A DNA stretch of 63,705 nt, filler included, from Collodictyon triciliatum (taxonomy: Eukaryota): assembly GCA_043381765.1 (NCBI GenBank). It is 9 parts of 9 records of this genome, joined end to end, with 100 filler letters (N's around TTAATTAATTAA, not from the genome) between each part and the next. Parts side by side here need not be neighbours in the genome. Positions count along the whole stretch, not along the records: positions 62,696 to 63,705 come from JBHJMP010003803.1; 8 more parts are not named here. One strand, written 5' to 3'. This document shows, in pieces, positions 62,967 to 63,705 of the stretch (position 1 is its first letter; every line of letters begins with the position of its first letter). The notes beneath the pieces are model-generated. The model was not told the DNA's origin, did no database searches, and worked only from the letters and a program-made list of their open reading frames with translations. The translations under genes were made by a program, and so were the position numbers.

Positions 62967-63451
62967 GGAGCAAAGCCTTCTTGCCAATCAATATGAAATC
63001 GGTCCCTGCTCGCCTGCACACCTACTTTTAGCATGTAAGGTCCTCAATGGCACCCACTCACCCACCCCACCATACCTCAAGACTGTAGATTGTCGCCGAT
63101 GCAAAAAGTTTCACATCACTTGCAAGCACAAAGCCGATCAGCAACAAATTCCTCAACAGGTGCAGCTTCCTCGAACACAAGCACTTATATACGCCACATT
63201 CAATGCCCCTTTTCCTGCTATATCTACATGGCCTTGGTTGTCTAACGCGCCAAAGCCAATGGGCACGTATTATTTAACATCTTTCATTTTCACAGATATA
63301 CAACCACCCTACTACATCCGCCCAAAATGTCGGGTGGATTGCCGACCAGAGCACGGACAGATTCCAGCAGAAGCAGCACCGACATGTAGACGTAATCGAT
63401 GCGCAATTCTTCCGGAACGGAGGCGTTGGACTGGGGCCATCCACACGATAG
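62967..63451 (+). CDS. 3' exons of a small protein with a PxxxYxxPxTxxQxxGW motif (candidate ciliary microtubule inner protein)
   Basis: Three phase-consistent exons give ...YCRRCKKFHITCKHK...PQQ|IYNHPTTSAQNVGW...GPSTR*. The motif resembles FAM183/TEX49-type proteins. Confidence 0.45.
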
Positions 63452-63705
63452 ACATCCGAAGCCGGCTACCTACAAGAAATCCCCACCTATCACCCTGATT
63501 GTTTCCTGGAGGCATTTGTAGTTTCTCTGCCCGTTTGCCGAAGTAATAAGCCATGAATAAGCATTCAATAATCCATGAATAAACCATGAATAAGCCATGT
63601 GCCCATCGGGGGGGGGGGGGGGGGGGGGGGGGTTTAAAAAAAAAAAAAAAGCGGGGGGGGGGGGGGGCCAGGAAAAAAAAAGCCCGGCCTTGTTTTGTTT
63701 CCCTT

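Noticed and set aside
62696..63705. GATTG(A/G) and CCATGAATAA short repeats and terminal poly(G) as telomere or mobile-element ends
   Set aside because: Few copies, no telomeric array, no inverted repeats or target-site duplication. Poly(G) at a contig end may be a sequencing artefact.

Overview
Eukaryotic, intron-rich, AT-rich nuclear DNA in the standard genetic code, probably from a flagellated protist. It is not one chromosomal region. Nine contigs of decreasing length (7959, 7949, 7948, 7943, 7938, 7937, 7934, 6287, 1010 bp) are joined by an artificial N44-TTAATTAATTAA-N44 spacer, and most contigs end in microsatellites, so gene order across spacers means nothing. By splicing exons by eye I reconstructed: a 3xWW-MyTH4-RhoGAP (ARHGAP39/Vilse-like) gene, chaperonin CCT6, a mitochondrial-type 2-Cys peroxiredoxin, a plant-type secreted LRR protein, a complete GH31 alpha-glucosidase, an RFI2-like RING protein with a ~1400 aa disordered tail, an LDB/SEUSS-like protein, an RRM-only PPIE-like protein, a ZZZ3-like SANT/ZZ protein, a standalone DUF4392 (D-glutamate cyclase-like) protein, a coiled-coil orphan, a MINDY4-like deubiquitinase, an LRR protein with an unknown C-terminus, and two probable ciliary proteins. 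I found no CRISPR, rRNA, tRNA or transposase, and no clear multi-gene novel system. The best leads are the plant-like RFI2 RING, the altered ZZ pocket in ZZZ3, the divergent DUF4392 enzyme, and splicing oddities (GC-AG introns, degenerate donors, AAG acceptors, stop-free 3n introns). All family calls come from remembered motifs, not database searches.
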